The notes under the pieces are model-generated. The model saw only the letters and a list, made by a program, of their open reading frames with translations. It searched no databases and was not told where the DNA came from. Of a stretch of 64,000 nt of DNA, positions 1-13,340 are shown in pieces. The stretch is from the human T2T-CHM13v2.0 reference genome, Homo sapiens: NCBI RefSeq assembly GCF_009914755.1, contig NC_060925.1; one strand, 5' to 3'. The translations under genes were made by a program, and so were the position numbers. Position 1 is the first letter of the stretch; every line of letters begins with the position of its first letter.

Positions 1-113
1 GTGAACCCGGGAGTTGGAGCTTGCAGTGAGCCGAGATTGTGCGACTGCACTCTAGCCTGGGCAAGAGAGAGACTCCGTCTCAAAAAAAAAAAAAAAAAAA
101 AAAGAAAAAAAAA
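1..113 (+). mobile_element. Alu right-arm 3' end plus poly(A) tail (AluY-like), cut by window edge
   Basis: GTGAACCCGGGAG..GGAGCTTGCAGTGAGCCGAGAT...GAGACTCCGTCTC followed by an A-tail. Confidence 0.95.
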
Positions 114-1096
114 GATTACAAAGAGAAGAAACCATAAATAAAACAAAACATATGAGAATAGTTGGATTGCAGTTGTCAAATTGCCTTTACCCAACATGTA
201 ATCATTTTCTAAAAGTATTAGAAAAATCAATCACATGACATTTTATTGAAGATCAATGAGGAATATTTTAAGTCTTTAAATCTTTAATATCTTAAAAAAA
301 CTCTTAGCTAAATGAACTATGGAGTGGTTGAGTATTCATTCTCTATTTCGTAATAACTTAAAACACTCTAGCTTAGAAACTTTTAGTATGATATCCTCAT
401 TGGTTTAATTTTTGCCTGAGTACTGAAAAAAAAACTTCATCAATATAATTTTCCATAATTTCTGGACTCCTCTTGATCAAAAGGAACAATAATATCTGAA
501 TGATTCACTGAATAAATTGATGACCAATGAATATGACTCAGTATTCCCCAAATTCTGAAAATAAAGTGATAAATTAAATGCATCAATATGTAATTTGACA
601 TAAAGCTCAGGCTATCCGTCAAGAAATGTTGAAAATATTCATCATGACATCACATTTCCTGGAACATAAATCAAATGATAATGTATTAAGTAAAATATGT
701 TTTAATAATATCATATTTAAATTTGATGATACTTTAAAAATGGTTCCATGTGTGTTCTCTTGGGTTATTTCACAATCAATAAAAGGTCTGCAAGTGATGA
801 ATGCTATATATGTTTTTCTCCACTTTCACTGAAGGCATTGAGTGAAGTGTTTACAAATCTGATGTCACTGGATTGCTGATTGGTCGGGTTTTCATCTTAA
901 CCTTGCACAAATTTGAAAATAGACTTAATATTTCTCAGAATCTTGCCTGAAGTATCCAAATAACTATGCAATCTGTTTCTAAATTTTCTGTTATGTCACC
1001 TGTTTTCACCGTTGTCACAATAGTTCTGCCTTCATGTCAGGCCACAGGAAACTCAGTCTCAGCCGTAAACATTATACCATCTTTACAGTTAAAATA

Positions 1097-1636
1097 TGAG
1101 ACCCAAATAAATAAAATAAGAAATGAAAAGGCATTACATTTGATACCATAGAAATACAAAGGATAATTAGAGACTATTAGGAACAACTACATGCAAACAA
1201 ATCAGAAAACATAGAGGAAATGGATAAGTTTTTGGATACATACAACCTACAAAGATTGAACCAAGACGAAATAGAAAACCTGAACTGACCAATAATGAGT
1301 AACAAGACTGAATCAGTAATAAACATTCTCCCAACACAGAAAAGCTAAAGGCCGGATAGCTTAACTGGTGAATCCTACCAAACTTATAAAGAAGATCTAA
1401 TACCATTTCTTCTCAAACTATTTCAAAAAGTTGAAGAGGGGGAAATTCCTTCTAACTAATTCTATGACACTAGCATTATGTTGATATCAGAAACAGAGGA
1501 CAAGACAAAAAAAAGAAAATTACGAGCCAACAACACCGAGGAACACAGATGCAAAAATCCCGAACAAAATGCTTGCAAACCAAATTCGATCTAACAGCAC
1601 ATCAAAAAGAAAAGATTAACTGGATTTATTCCAGGG
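1097..1636 (+). mobile_element. Old L1 ORF2 internal fragment (region preceding and entering the RT domain), degraded
   Basis: Resembles L1 ORF2 DNA: GAGGAAATGGATAAGTTTTTGGATACATACAACCTAC, GAAATAGAAAACCTGAAC, GATGCAAAAATCC, CAGCACATCAAAAAG; stops and frameshifts present. Confidence 0.9.
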
Positions 1637-1824
1637 AAAAAATATATGTGTATGAAAGCATTTTATATAAGTATTAGAAAAATAAACTATTTCTATATAG
1701 AAATGATATATATGTAGAAACTATATATAGTTTCTTCTACACCACACACACCCAATTCATTAGCCTATCTCTAAATACATTCACAAATACTGCTAGTTTT
1801 CCATTTCTGTATCACTGTTAACAC

Positions 1825-1975
1825 AGTATAATGGGTGGTACAGTAGATGAAAATATAGGTTGCCTGAATTCAAATCTTAGTTCTAACATGTACTAAATTC
1901 ATTGAATTTGGGAACATTTATCAACTATTTAGGTTTCAAAGCTGAAATATAGAGAAAACAGTAACTTTGAGGTAA
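1825..1975 (+). mobile_element. MIR fragment
   Basis: GCCTGAATTCAAATCTTAGTTCT...TTTGGGAACATTT resembles the MIR core; highly diverged. Confidence 0.45.
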
Positions 1976-1980
1976 ATCAC

Positions 1981-3330
1981 TTCTTTTTTCCCGCTTTTAT
2001 TTTAGGTTCAGGGAGTACATGTGCAGGTTTGTTCCACGGGTAAATTACGTGTCACTGAGGTTTGGTTTATGTATTATCTCATCACCCAGGTACTGAACAT
2101 GGTACCTGATAGGTAGCTTCACAACACTCTTCTCTAGCCTTCCCCCACTAGTAGTCTTCAGTATTTTTTTTTTTTTTTTTGAGATGGAGCCTCACCTTGT
2201 TACTCAGGCTGGAGTGCAGTGGTGCGATCTCAACTCACCACAACCTCTGCTTCAGGGTTCAAATGATTCTCATGCCTCAGCCTCTCAAGTACATGGGGCT
2301 ACAGGCATGCGCCACCATACCCGGCTAATTTTTGTTTTTTTAGTAGAGATGAGGTTTTTGCCATATTGGCCAGGCTGGTCTCGAACTCTTGACCTCAAGT
2401 GATCCACCCACCTGGGCCTCCCAAAGTGCTGGGATTACAGGCGTGAACCATGGCACCTGGCCCTCCTCAGTGTCTACTGTTCCAATCATTACATCCATAT
2501 GTACTTAATGTTTAGCTCCCACTTATAAGTGATAACATATGGTATTTGGTTTTCTGTTCCTGTGTTAATTCACTTAGGTTAGTGGCCTCCCATTGCATCC
2601 ACGTTGCTGCGAAGAACATGATTTCATTCTTTTGATAGTTGTGTAGTATTCTATGGTGTATATGTGTTCCATTTTGTTTATCCAGTCCCTCACTGATGGC
2701 CATCTAGGCTGATTCCATGTCTTTGCTATTGTGAATAGTGTTTCCATGAACATTTGAGTGCATGTGTCTTTTTGATAGAGTAATTTATTTCCCTTTGTGT
2801 ACATTCCCAGTAATGGGATTGCTTGTTTGAATGGTAGCTCTCTTTTAAGTTCTTTGAGAAATCTCCAAACTGATTTCCATAGTGGCTAAACTAATTTACA
2901 TTCTTACAAACAGTGTATAAGCCTTCCCTTTTCTCTGCAATTTCACCAACATAGGTTATTTTATGACTTTTTAATAATTGCCATTCTGACTGGTGTGAAA
3001 TGGTATCTCACCGTGGTTTTGATTTGCATTTCTCTAATGATTAGATGATTAATGATTAGTGTCTTCTTTTGAGAACTGTCTGTTCACGTCCTTGGCCCAT
3101 CTTTTAAGAAGGTTATTTGGTTTTTGTTTGTAGAATTGCTTACATTCCTTATAGATTCTGGACATTAGATCTCTGTCAGATGTGTAGTTTGTGAATATCT
3201 CTCCCATTCTGCAGGTTGTCTGTTTACTCTCTTAATAGTTTCTTTATCTGTGCAGAAGATTTTTAGTTTAATTAGGTCCCACTTGTCATTTTTTTGTTGT
3301 TGCGATTGCTTTTGGTGACTTAATCACAAA
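1981..3330 (-). mobile_element. L1 3' portion (L1PA15/16-like), interrupted by an Alu
   Basis: T-rich tail, then TTTTATTTTAGGTTCAGGGAGTACATGTGCAGGTTTG; minus-strand ORFs 2512-2804 translate L1 ORF2 C-terminal peptides (TIAKTWNQP, NEIMFFAATWM). Confidence 0.93.
2164..2462 (-). mobile_element. AluS, full length, inserted into the L1
   Basis: Poly(T) then GAGATGGAG...CCCAAAGTGCTGGGATTACAGGCGTGA...GGCC; degenerate TSD tcttcagta/tcctcagtg. Confidence 0.97.
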
Positions 3331-3536
3331 ATCGACAGTAACAAAGAGTGGAGAAAGGACCCCCTATTTAATAAGTGGTGTTGGGATAACTGGCTAGCCC
3401 ATATGCAGAAGATTAAAACTGAACCCCTACATTTTACCATATGGAAAAATTAACTCAAGACAAATCAAAGACTTAACTGAGACCCTAAACTATGAAAATC
3501 CTAGAAGAAAACCTAGGAAATACCACTCTGGACATG
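3326..3536 (+). mobile_element. Inverted 5' segment of the adjacent L1 (twin-priming inversion)
   Basis: Plus-strand L1 ORF2 (CCCTATTTAATAAGTGGTGTTGGGATAACTGGCTAGCC...AACCTAGGAAATACCACTCTGGACAT) fused to the minus-strand L1. Confidence 0.88.
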
Positions 3537-3816
3537 TCATGTATATTGAGAGCTAAAAGGTGTTTTTTTTTTTCTCTGAAATTTTGCCAGTGCAATTAAA
3601 GCAAATATGCAAAAACTATTTATAAAAAAATTATTTTGATCCATGGCTAAAGAACCCACAGAATGGAAAATTGTTTTGTCTGCCACTCCGAGCTTTCTTA
3701 AAATAGAGCAATGAGCAATGACACTGAGTACATGGTATGCCTGTAAGTTGCAAGAACCTTTGTACAAAACTCTTGTGTGTTTGAACACATTAAAAATAGA
3801 TAATGTAATTTTGTCA

Positions 3817-3890
3817 AATATATATATATATGTATACACACACACACACACTTATGTATATACCCATATGTATACTTATATATATTATAC
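3817..3890. repeat. (TA)n/(CA)n compound microsatellite
   Basis: Visible dinucleotide runs. Confidence 0.8.
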
Positions 3891-4938
3891 TTCCATATAG
3901 GTATATTTGGAAATATACACGCAGGTATAATATATAGAGAGACATATGTACATTCAAAAGGAGTGGGGGAGAGAGAGAGAGACTTGTATAGGCAATTTTC
4001 TACTATTTTCTTGTCTGTGTGAGCTTTTCCCAAATAAAGTATCAGGGTAGTATAAATAGTTATTAGTTGGTTTAAGATTAAACAGAAAGAGAAATGCCAA
4101 CTGAATGGTGAATTTAGAATTCAATAACTAAGCTCAAAAGCCATCAAAATGCATTGTTTTTATGCATATCACTTTAGCTGTTTTTTTTTTTTCTGGTAAT
4201 ATCTGAATTTAGATGGAGCCATAGGAGAATTGCATAGAACATAGTCTATATTAAGGAGTTGGATTTTATTCCCATGGAAACATTTTGGCAATGAGTTATG
4301 CAAAAGAAAATGACTAAGCATTTTAGAATCTGATGCTGCTCTGTTTAATTGTTTTTAAAATGTTCAAGAGCTTTAAACAATTTAAATGATTGAAATTCGA
4401 ACTGTTTAGATGAACTGCCTAATAAGCTGCATTTCAGTTGGAAACTTAGAGAAAAGAACACTTGCTGATTCCTTAGTTTTATTTTTAGACACTTTGAAAG
4501 AAGGTTAATGAGGGAATGTCTATCCATGTGAGTTTTTGTAGATTTTATAATACGCTTTACATTTTAATCAATTTCTGATTATTTGTACTTATAAGCAATA
4601 TCTTTTATAATTTTGTATTTTCAATCATTTTATTTTTTCTCTAATTTAAATATGGAGAAAATACAAATTTGGTAAATAGTTTGACTATTTACTAAATAGT
4701 AAATAAGAATATTTCAACTCTCCCAAAAATTATTAAAATATTTTTCAATTTTTCATTTCCTTTAAAATAAAATTTTGTAATTTACAAAAAAACTAAAAGA
4801 AAGTATAATTCATGAACATATTCATGTTTGCCATATCACTTCTTCTTTTCTGAAATGTTAAACTTTATAAGTTCTGGAAATACTCATGAAGTTTTCTAAT
4901 TGAAGCTGTAATTAAAAATAATCCAGATTGCTTGTGCC

Positions 4939-5837
4939 CTGGAAGAACATGCTAGAGAGGCTCGCCCCCCAGCAAGGCTATGTGGGGGCCTTTACAACAA
5001 GCACCATTGGTGGTGGTATCTTTCAAGCAATTAAGTTTTCACAATTCTCCAGTAGGAGTAAATCACAAACTCCAAAGGAGTTTGACAGCTATTAAAATCC
5101 ATGTTCCATAATTGGGAGGTAGCTTTGCATTCAGAGAGGTCTGTTTCCCATGATTGACTGTAGTATGGCTCAAGTCAGAGGAAAAGAAGATCCCTGGAAC
5201 TCTATTACAAGTGGTGCCATAACGGGAGCCATACTGGCAGCAAGAAATGGACCAGTGGCTATAGTTGGGTCAGCTGCGATGAGTAACATTCTTCTAGCTT
5301 GAACTGAAGGAGATATTATCTTGTTCACAAAATTTGCTTCTGAATATTTGCTGAAGAACTCTTCTAGTTGTCTTCAACCGAGTTACCATCCTCACTTTTT
5401 GGAGACTATGGACAATATCAGTAGGACTCCTTTCCCAGAATTTCTTTAACATAATGAACTATAATTCAAGAAGAATTCCAGAAGATCTGGCTAAAGTCTA
5501 TTTTTAAAACCACAGATGCGACAGCTACGGCCAAATAGGCTATGAAGACACATTTAGACACATTTAACACTTTTTTTTCTATTGAAAGAAACATGGTAGA
5601 GCAAAGGGGTAGCTACATGATAATATATTTATTTATTAACACTTGGAGTATATTTCTTATCAAAATAAAAGTCTAATAGCATTAAAAGAAAATATAATAA
5701 ATGCTTAGAAGATGAAGGACCAAAGGGCAAATAACAGTGAAATGTAACCATCATTTCGTTGGACACGTCTCTGCCTGGGTTTGTGTGTTCTGTTATTGTA
5801 ATAATAAAAACTTCTGGAAATTAAAATAAATAATAAT
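4939..5837 (+). pseudogene. TIMM17A: Processed pseudogene of TIMM17A (mitochondrial inner-membrane translocase Tim17A)
   Basis: Hand translation gives EEHARE...GAFT.STIGGGIFQAIK...PVGVNHKLQRSLTAIK...[43 protein letters not shown]...FGDYGQYQ* (TAG 5422-5424), matching TIMM17A. Intronless; start ATG>CTG; premature stops at 5109 and 5300; frameshifts; 3'UTR with AATAAA at 5803, decayed A-tail, degenerate TSD at 4917-4933 / 5832-5850. Confidence 0.95.
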
Positions 5838-7731
5838 CTAAAGATTACTTTGCTTTAGAAAATCAAACTACTTTTTCAGTTTCCATGCCAAATTAAGATG
5901 TTATTAAATGTACATTTTCATTTTGGTTCTTTTATTTCTGCCTAGCCTAATAACTATATACCTTATAAATAAAAAAAATTCCATAATTTTGTCCCAAATA
6001 AATTTGAAAATTTAAGGAAAAGTTTTTTCTGTAGGTTATTTTTCCCTTTTTTCACCCTCTTCTCTACCTCTAAGAACAAACACACACAAACACATAGAGT
6101 AATGCACACACATACACACACATTCACATACATATACACTTCTAAAAATAATTATTACGCTTGAGATCCCTACATAGAAAAAAAAATTCACGCTTTTTTT
6201 TTAAAAGTCAAAGAGAAAGAGGATACTAGAAGAGGAAAGGTAAAAGAGATTCAAAAATTAAAAGATAATACAATTTTTTAAAATACTAGCTTTGTAGTTA
6301 TGGCAGGTAAGCACGTCACTGTATACAGGACAGAGTAGTCAATCTTTCATACCATTTCATTGTGTGTGTTATTTCTCTTTATAAATACAAAATTCTTGGT
6401 GCTAATCTACCAAGCGAAAACTGTCACAGATAGAAGTTAGATGTAACTGTGAATACTCTGCTTTCCCATGTTCAGGAGAATACAGGTCCTAATAAAGAAT
6501 ATAAGGTAAGATTTGCTGTAATTTTCCTTTGAGGAGACCTCAAAAGAAGATCAATTTTTGAAGATGCTCACCTTAATAGATTGTGCTAGAAATTAGATGT
6601 TTTGAAGTCAATGGGCAAATTGCCTTTTATAACTTATCTAAAATGAATTTGAACACAAAGTTGTCTAAAACTCGGGGTGATTTGAAGGATTTCGGTTGTT
6701 ATTTTAATTGCAAAATCACATTATTAGTGGAGTATACACAATTAATGGGTTATACTAAAAGGTCAATCTTTTTAAGCTCAAGAAATCCATTTCAGGTAAG
6801 CAAAGGCTAATTAGGGACTGAAACACAATAATTATCCCCTAATTGTTTGTAATTTTTCCCTAGATTATTGTTAAATTTTACTAATACTTAAAATAAGAGA
6901 ATGTAATCCTTTTTCAGTAACATAACGCCATTCCGTACATATGAAATGTTCCATTTTCTAATAGTTAATATCTCAAAGTTTGAATTTATATGTCTAGTTT
7001 TTATAATATCAAATTCTAATTGTAAGTATGCATCTTAAAATCAAACGTTATTCATATCTAATGTTTTCTAATATTGTTATATTTTTGTTGAATAGAGGTA
7101 ATGTACTTTTAATCTGTAATAATGAGGTAAAATACCTGTTTTGAAAACGATTTAATATTCATTATATGCAAATAGCGATGAACTAGAGTCAGATAACTTT
7201 TAATATACATATTAAATTTATGTATATTAATTTAAAATTTAAAACCTTGGCAAAAACCACACCATTTACATTTACTATTGAGACATATATACTTCTGCGA
7301 TAATTTTTAAATAACATGTCACAACTAACACTTCTTGGTTTGTTTTTATCAGACCTTTATAGAGAACTTCAGAATTACCTGAAATATACTTTAATGTATT
7401 TCAAAAGCATGAAAAAAGAGAAAAAAGGAAATATACGAGATGTGTATTTGAAATTAATTTGCAATAAACACGAATATGTTTGTTTCCTCTAATATGTATC
7501 TCTCTTTGCCTAATTTGGGTATGCATCTATAATAAAAGCAATTACAACACACTTTCCTTTTATCGTTAACCTACAAAGCAACCTCAAATATTTACAATTA
7601 TGAAGTATAATTATACATATAGATACCACTCAATACTTTCATATACACACACATGTGTAGGAAATATAAAATACATAGAAATAGACTGCATCGAAATTTA
7701 AGTCAGACTTATGTAGACAGACGCTTATTAC

Positions 7732-8265
7732 TGAGGAGTAGGAGAATATCCCTCTCCAAAATATGCCACTTTGGCCTGAGGATTATTTTGAGCTGAAGGC
7801 AATTGAAAAAATCCAGATACAAGAAAAGCTCTCTGCTCACCTCATATTTGTGTAAAAGTATGACATAAGTTTATAAAGGGGCCCTTCTTGCCCTCTCTAC
7901 CAAGAACGACAAAATTTGACCACCAGAGATGACTTCAGACCCTTATGACCCTGGAAACAGCACCAGGGGAATCTACATAACACACGTGACTAGCTAACTT
8001 TTATCTACCACCAATTTCCTATTTAGTTGCCTTCCTGAAATTGGCTACCCCTAAAAACACAAGTTCCTTTTCTTTAATCTTGTCACTTCTGTTTAAGCCA
8101 GATTTCTAAGCCGCCTCTTTGAGAACTACTTCCCTATCGCCCATGTATATAGAAATATACATGTTGATAAACTTCTGTATTTCTTGTCCTAAACTGTCTT
8201 TTGCTAAAGGACTCCAAGCTGAGAACTGAGAAAGGTAGAGGGAAAATTATTTTTCCTCCCCTGTG
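7732..8265 (+). mobile_element. Solo ERV1 LTR, MER34-like
   Basis: CCAAAATATGCCACTTTGGC..AGGATTATTTTGAGCTGAAGGCAATTGA start and GGTAGAGGGAAAATTATTTTTCCTCCCCT end are typical of MER34. Confidence 0.75.
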
Positions 8266-8327
8266 CTATCCATTTCACAGATAATGGAGCAGACTGGAGG
8301 CATTTTAACACATTAATAAGTTAATAA

Positions 8328-8523
8328 GATTTTGAATCCCAATTTCACTACTAACTATCTGCAGTCCTGACCAAGTGGCTCTCAAAGCTTAGTTTTCTCA
8401 TCTGTGAAATGTGATTAATATCTTCCTCACAAGGATGTTTTCAAGAAGAAATGATACATAGTATATAAGAACTCAGCACTTTTTCTGACACATATTTGAT
8501 AATCAATTAATGTTAACTACTAT
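8328..8523 (+). mobile_element. MIR
   Basis: TTTGAATCCC...CTTAGTTTTCTCATCTGTGAAATG core and TAATGTTAACTACTAT end. Confidence 0.7.
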
Positions 8524-8544
8524 GCTATTCTTTTAAAGGGCATT

Positions 8545-8640
8545 GGTCTATGCTGTGTTATTTGTTCACCTTTAATTCCCAGCACTCAGCATGGATCCTG
8601 GCAACTATCAGATATTAAATAATTATTTATGGACAAATAA
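8545..8640 (+). mobile_element. L2 3' end fragment
   Basis: TTGTTCACC..TTCCCAGCACTCAGCATGG..CCTGGCA..AAATAATTATT resembles the L2 tail. Confidence 0.55.
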
Positions 8641-8871
8641 AAATACTTTGTGTTACACATTTTATTTATATTTCTGAGAAGTGGTATTTCTAAGAAATAA
8701 TTGATATTCAATGGAAAGAAAAATATTATAACCTAACTTCTCATTTTGAAGGTCACCAAGTAAAATGAGCAATATTTTATACTAAAGTAGGAGAGAAGTT
8801 TACTAAACTTTCTAGATTGAACTGTGATCCTTATTTTGGTTAAAGGGGTATCACTTTGGAACATTTTTAAA

Positions 8872-9266
8872 AAATTATTTATTTTTAAAAATGATATATA
8901 ATATTATATATATTATGTACAATATAATGTTTTGAAGTATATGTACATTGTGGTATAAACTTAGCTAATTGACAAATGCATTACCTCACATAACTATCAT
9001 TTTTGTGGTGAGTTCACAACATCCACTCTCTTAGCGTTTTTCAAGAACGCAATATATAGTCATTAACTATAGTTGCCCTGCTGCACAAGAAATCTTGGGA
9101 AAGGTATTTCTCCTATCTAACTGTAATTATGCATCCCTTGACCATCGTCTCCCCATTCTCCTCTTCCTCCTAAGCACCCTCTGGTTATTAGCCTCTGGTA
9201 ACCACCATTCTACTCTCTATTTCTCTTAAATGAACTCTTTCAGATTCCACATACGAGTGAGATAAT
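8872..9266 (-). mobile_element. L1MA 3' UTR fragment
   Basis: GCATTACCTCACATA..TTTTTGTGGTGAG, GCCTCTGGTAACCACCATTCTACTCTCT, AGATTCCACATA.GAGTGAGAT. Confidence 0.85.
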
Positions 9267-11718
9267 TTGCCTTCCTAGAGCATGTTTTTCTCTTTAATTC
9301 GAGCACCTTCTATATGTTTTTTATATTTATTATATTATTCAATGCTCTGTTCAAATAAATTCTATGAGATAGGTTCTGTTGTTGTCCCTATTTTACAGCA
9401 AGGGGAAATTAATGAAGTTATTCTCCCAAGATGATTCAGCTGATATGAGTTATTTTGAATGTTTAATTTCTGAGGGTTGTGTGACTAATGTATGTGAGTG
9501 TGTGTGTTAGTGTGTGTATGTACAGAATCAATTATAGTCTGTACATTTATGTTGGAATTTAATTGATTAACATTATAAATCCAAAAACTTAGATTGTTTT
9601 AAGTTGTTTTGTAATTTGAATTTGAAAATCATATTTTATTTCCCTTGTGATTTAATTAAGATTCCACTGAACAAGTTAAAATATGAAATTCCTCTAAACA
9701 ATCATTTTCATTTATAAACTTCGCCAATTGAATTACTGTAACATTTTATTCCATATTTTCACAGTCAAAAAGATATTCTCAAGCACTTTAATTACTTTAA
9801 GGTTTATCAAGCAAATTATTTCTACGCATTTAAATATCTTGCAAAAATAAGTCAAAATACCAAGCAGAGTAAATTAAATTGTCTTACACATTCCAATATT
9901 GTTTATAGACCATAGCAATGTTATTATTCTATACAACCTAAACTTACACATTTAGTAGTTCCACCTGCTTCTTTCAAAAAATCATGCCTAACATTCTGGG
10001 TACTTTTATGTTTCTTAAAGATTAATCTTCAATAATAAACACAATAAGAATGCTGAAGATAAAGCAACTTCTTTCTAGATTGGAAACAAATACATTAATA
10101 CTGTGGGTTTTAAGGATTTGAAATATTTCATCATTTTATTCTAAAACTTATTTATCTGTAAAATGTCTGGGGTTATAAAATCACTCATGTACCTGCATAG
10201 GACAGTTTTACCATTTCAATTGTTCTAAGGTTCCTGGGTAAGACAAATTAATCAGCAATTGCGTATATGCAATAGGCATATATTGAATATTGAAATTTGG
10301 AACCAGAGCACAGCACACTGCCACAGTGATTTACCTGAACAACTATGAACCAATGGAGTCATTTTTTACAATCATGCTCTGTAATGTCTTCCACATCAGC
10401 AAGCATTATCAAACATTCTGTAAGAGAATTTTGCAGATTTTTCCTATAGTTGGAAATAATAAACATTTGCTAATGAACGAAGATTTGAATCCACTTATTA
10501 GAACGTCTTGACTCCAATAAATGTATGGGTCTTCTCAATAAATTAGCTAACACTTATTCAAGTTTTGATCAATGTATTGATATTGATAGGCAAAACTTTC
10601 AATACCACAGTCTTAAAATTTAATACAGGAAGCCTTTTCAAGGTTAATTGTGGGAATATAGATAGTGTTATAGAAATTAATTTCCACATAGATAATTCCC
10701 CTAAGTTCATTTTTACTAAATTCAATCTGCCTGAGAATTGACCTATATATGTCTACTGGTTCTTCTTTCCCATATCCTTCCCTAATATCTTGTGCTTTAC
10801 AAAAGGAAAATACATCTCCTTGCTCTTTTTAATTTTCTTCTGATGTATTGCTTAAGGTGGATTGCACCTGGGATGCAACAGAAAGTGTCAGTTAGAATTA
10901 TTGGTTCTTATGGAAGCCCCTTTTATGATTTTTTATACCATAAAACATTCCTACCTTGTTTCATACATAGTTTTGTTAAGTTAATGAGGCTTTAGAAGCA
11001 GAATATTTGGCCCTTGTTGAGATATTTTAATGTAGAAAAGTTGGTGACACTGTTTTTCCTTTTCCATCCTTCATCAATTATTGTCAAATAACACATTATT
11101 CCTCAGGAAGGGACTTTTAAGAATAAATCCAAGAAAACATCAAAAGGAAAAATGATGAAGCCATGTTTAAAGGTAAACAATATTTTTGAGCTTTCTCACA
11201 ACTCATTATTTGGATGAGTGAGTAGCTAAAAAGCAGAGCCATTAAAAAATTCAAAAGCTAAATTTGTATATGATGCTGAATCTTTTAAATGTCACTGGAG
11301 TGTTTCCAGAACAGTCAAAATTTTTGGATATACTGAGTGAAAAATGTGTGATTTGTTTTACACTAATTACTCAAAATTTAATGAAATAGGTAATACATAA
11401 TTTTATAAAAATTATTTCATGAAATATTTGTTCCAATTAGGGGCATTTCTTATTTTTTTCATGCTATGTTCTACTTTCTAGTTATAATATTAGCTATTAG
11501 TTCATCTGATTTTAGCACTATTTAATTTTATATTTCATTCACACAAAGAATTTGATAGTGAGTTTTAACAAAACAAGTGGATGTATTTCTTATTTATTAC
11601 GTTCCTATTTAATTATGGCCTAGATCTCAACATCAGACTTCTGCATACACTGCACCAAATAACTTGGAAATAATACCCTGCATTCTACCATACATCTCAC
11701 TGCATAAATAACTTGTAG

Positions 11719-12401
11719 TTTTTTTTCTTCTTTTTTTAACATTTAAGTTCAGGGATATAAGTACAGTTTGTTACATAGATATATTTGTGTCGTGTGGGTT
11801 TTCTGAACAGACTATTTCATCACCCAGGTATTAAGCCTAGTGCCCATTAGCTATTTTCCTTTATCTTCCCCCTCCTTCTGCCCTCCACCCTCCTGAAGGC
11901 CCCAGTGTGTGTTGTTCCCTTCTATGTGTCTATATGTTGTCATCATTTAGCTCCCAGTTATGAGTGAGAACATGCAGTATTTGGTTATCTGTTCCTGTGT
12001 CACTTTGCTAATGATAATAACCTCCAGCTCCATCCATGTTCCTCCAAAGGACATGATCTTGTTCTTTTTTAAGGCTACATGCTATTCCAAGTTGTATATG
12101 TACTACACATTCTTTATCCAGTCTATCATCGATGGACATTTAGGTTGATTTTATGTCTTTGCTCTTGTAAATAGTGCTGCAATGAACATACACGTGCATT
12201 TGTCTTTATAATAGAATCATTTGGATATATACCCAGAAATGGAATTGCTTGGTCAAATGGTATTCCTGTCTTTAGGTATTTTAGGAATTGCCACACTGTC
12301 TTCCACAATGATTGAACTAATTTTACACTCCCATGAACAGTGTGTAAGCATTCCTTTTTCTCCACAGCCTCACCAGCATCTGTTATTTTTTGCCTTTTTA
12401 A
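11719..12401 (-). mobile_element. 5'-truncated L1 (older L1PA, ~L1PA13-like)
   Basis: T-tail, TTCATCACCCAGGTATTAAGCCTAGT; ORF 12126-12365 is L1 ORF2 C-terminus; possible TSD taacttgta/taactggta. Confidence 0.92.
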
Positions 12402-12879
12402 CTGGTATTAACGGCATTAGATTACTACAATTTAGATGAGAAATGATTTCATCCTCTCATAGTGTATTATAAACATGGACAAATTAATTATATTACCTGG
12501 AAATGATGTTGCCCATAACTTTACTGATTTTAATAATGTATATTAAAAATTATATAATTTATATGTGTACTATTTTAAAAAATATTTCTTCAATGCACAC
12601 TAATGTGTTATTTAAATTGAAAATGAAAATAAACATTCTCTAGACAATGAATAAGATTTGCCTGTTTAGACTGAATGTAAGGATTGCTTTTGCTAAATTG
12701 TAAAATTATAAACAACTTCAATAAAAAATATAAAATTCAATTGAATACTCACAAGAAATATTTATGTGAAAGATTAAAAAGAACATTTTATTTAAAAATT
12801 GTAATAACGAATGTGTAGTGATATCATTTTTTCCCCAAAATTGTTTGTAAATCTAATAAAATAACAGTTCTTTACATGA

Positions 12880-13340
12880 AGGTATAATAAGTATGTTGCT
12901 AGTCATATGACAGGACTTGGTAAAACTTTTGGTAAAATTTCAAGAAATTGAAAAAGTAGATATATCTAATAACAGAGAAATGGATTTAATTACATTTTAG
13001 ATGGCTTCCATTCACTTGATTTCAACACAATTTGAAAAGATTCTTAATCTAAGTATTAGTTGATAGATTATTGGCTATATTTTGTGATGATACATTATTT
13101 AAATTTTGGCTTTTAACTTGAAATGAGTTTGAATAATTACGCTCTAGACATGTTAAAACTCCTCTCATTTCTGTCTTCTGTCACCAAGTTTTCTCATAGT
13201 TTTGTTATACCTACAAAAATAAAATACTAGTTACAATAAAAGAGTAATCCTCAGGTATATAAGAACTATTTGAAAGCAAACAAAATAAAACAGCTCCATT
13301 CATCTTAACAAGAAATATATTTCCAAAATAATTTTATTTT
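12880..13340 (+). mobile_element. Possible hAT-Charlie transposase C-terminal remnant
   Basis: Degenerate motif order FW..EF, KLL.F, FS..K, KQLHSS* resembles the hAT dimerisation-domain end; very decayed. Confidence 0.3.
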
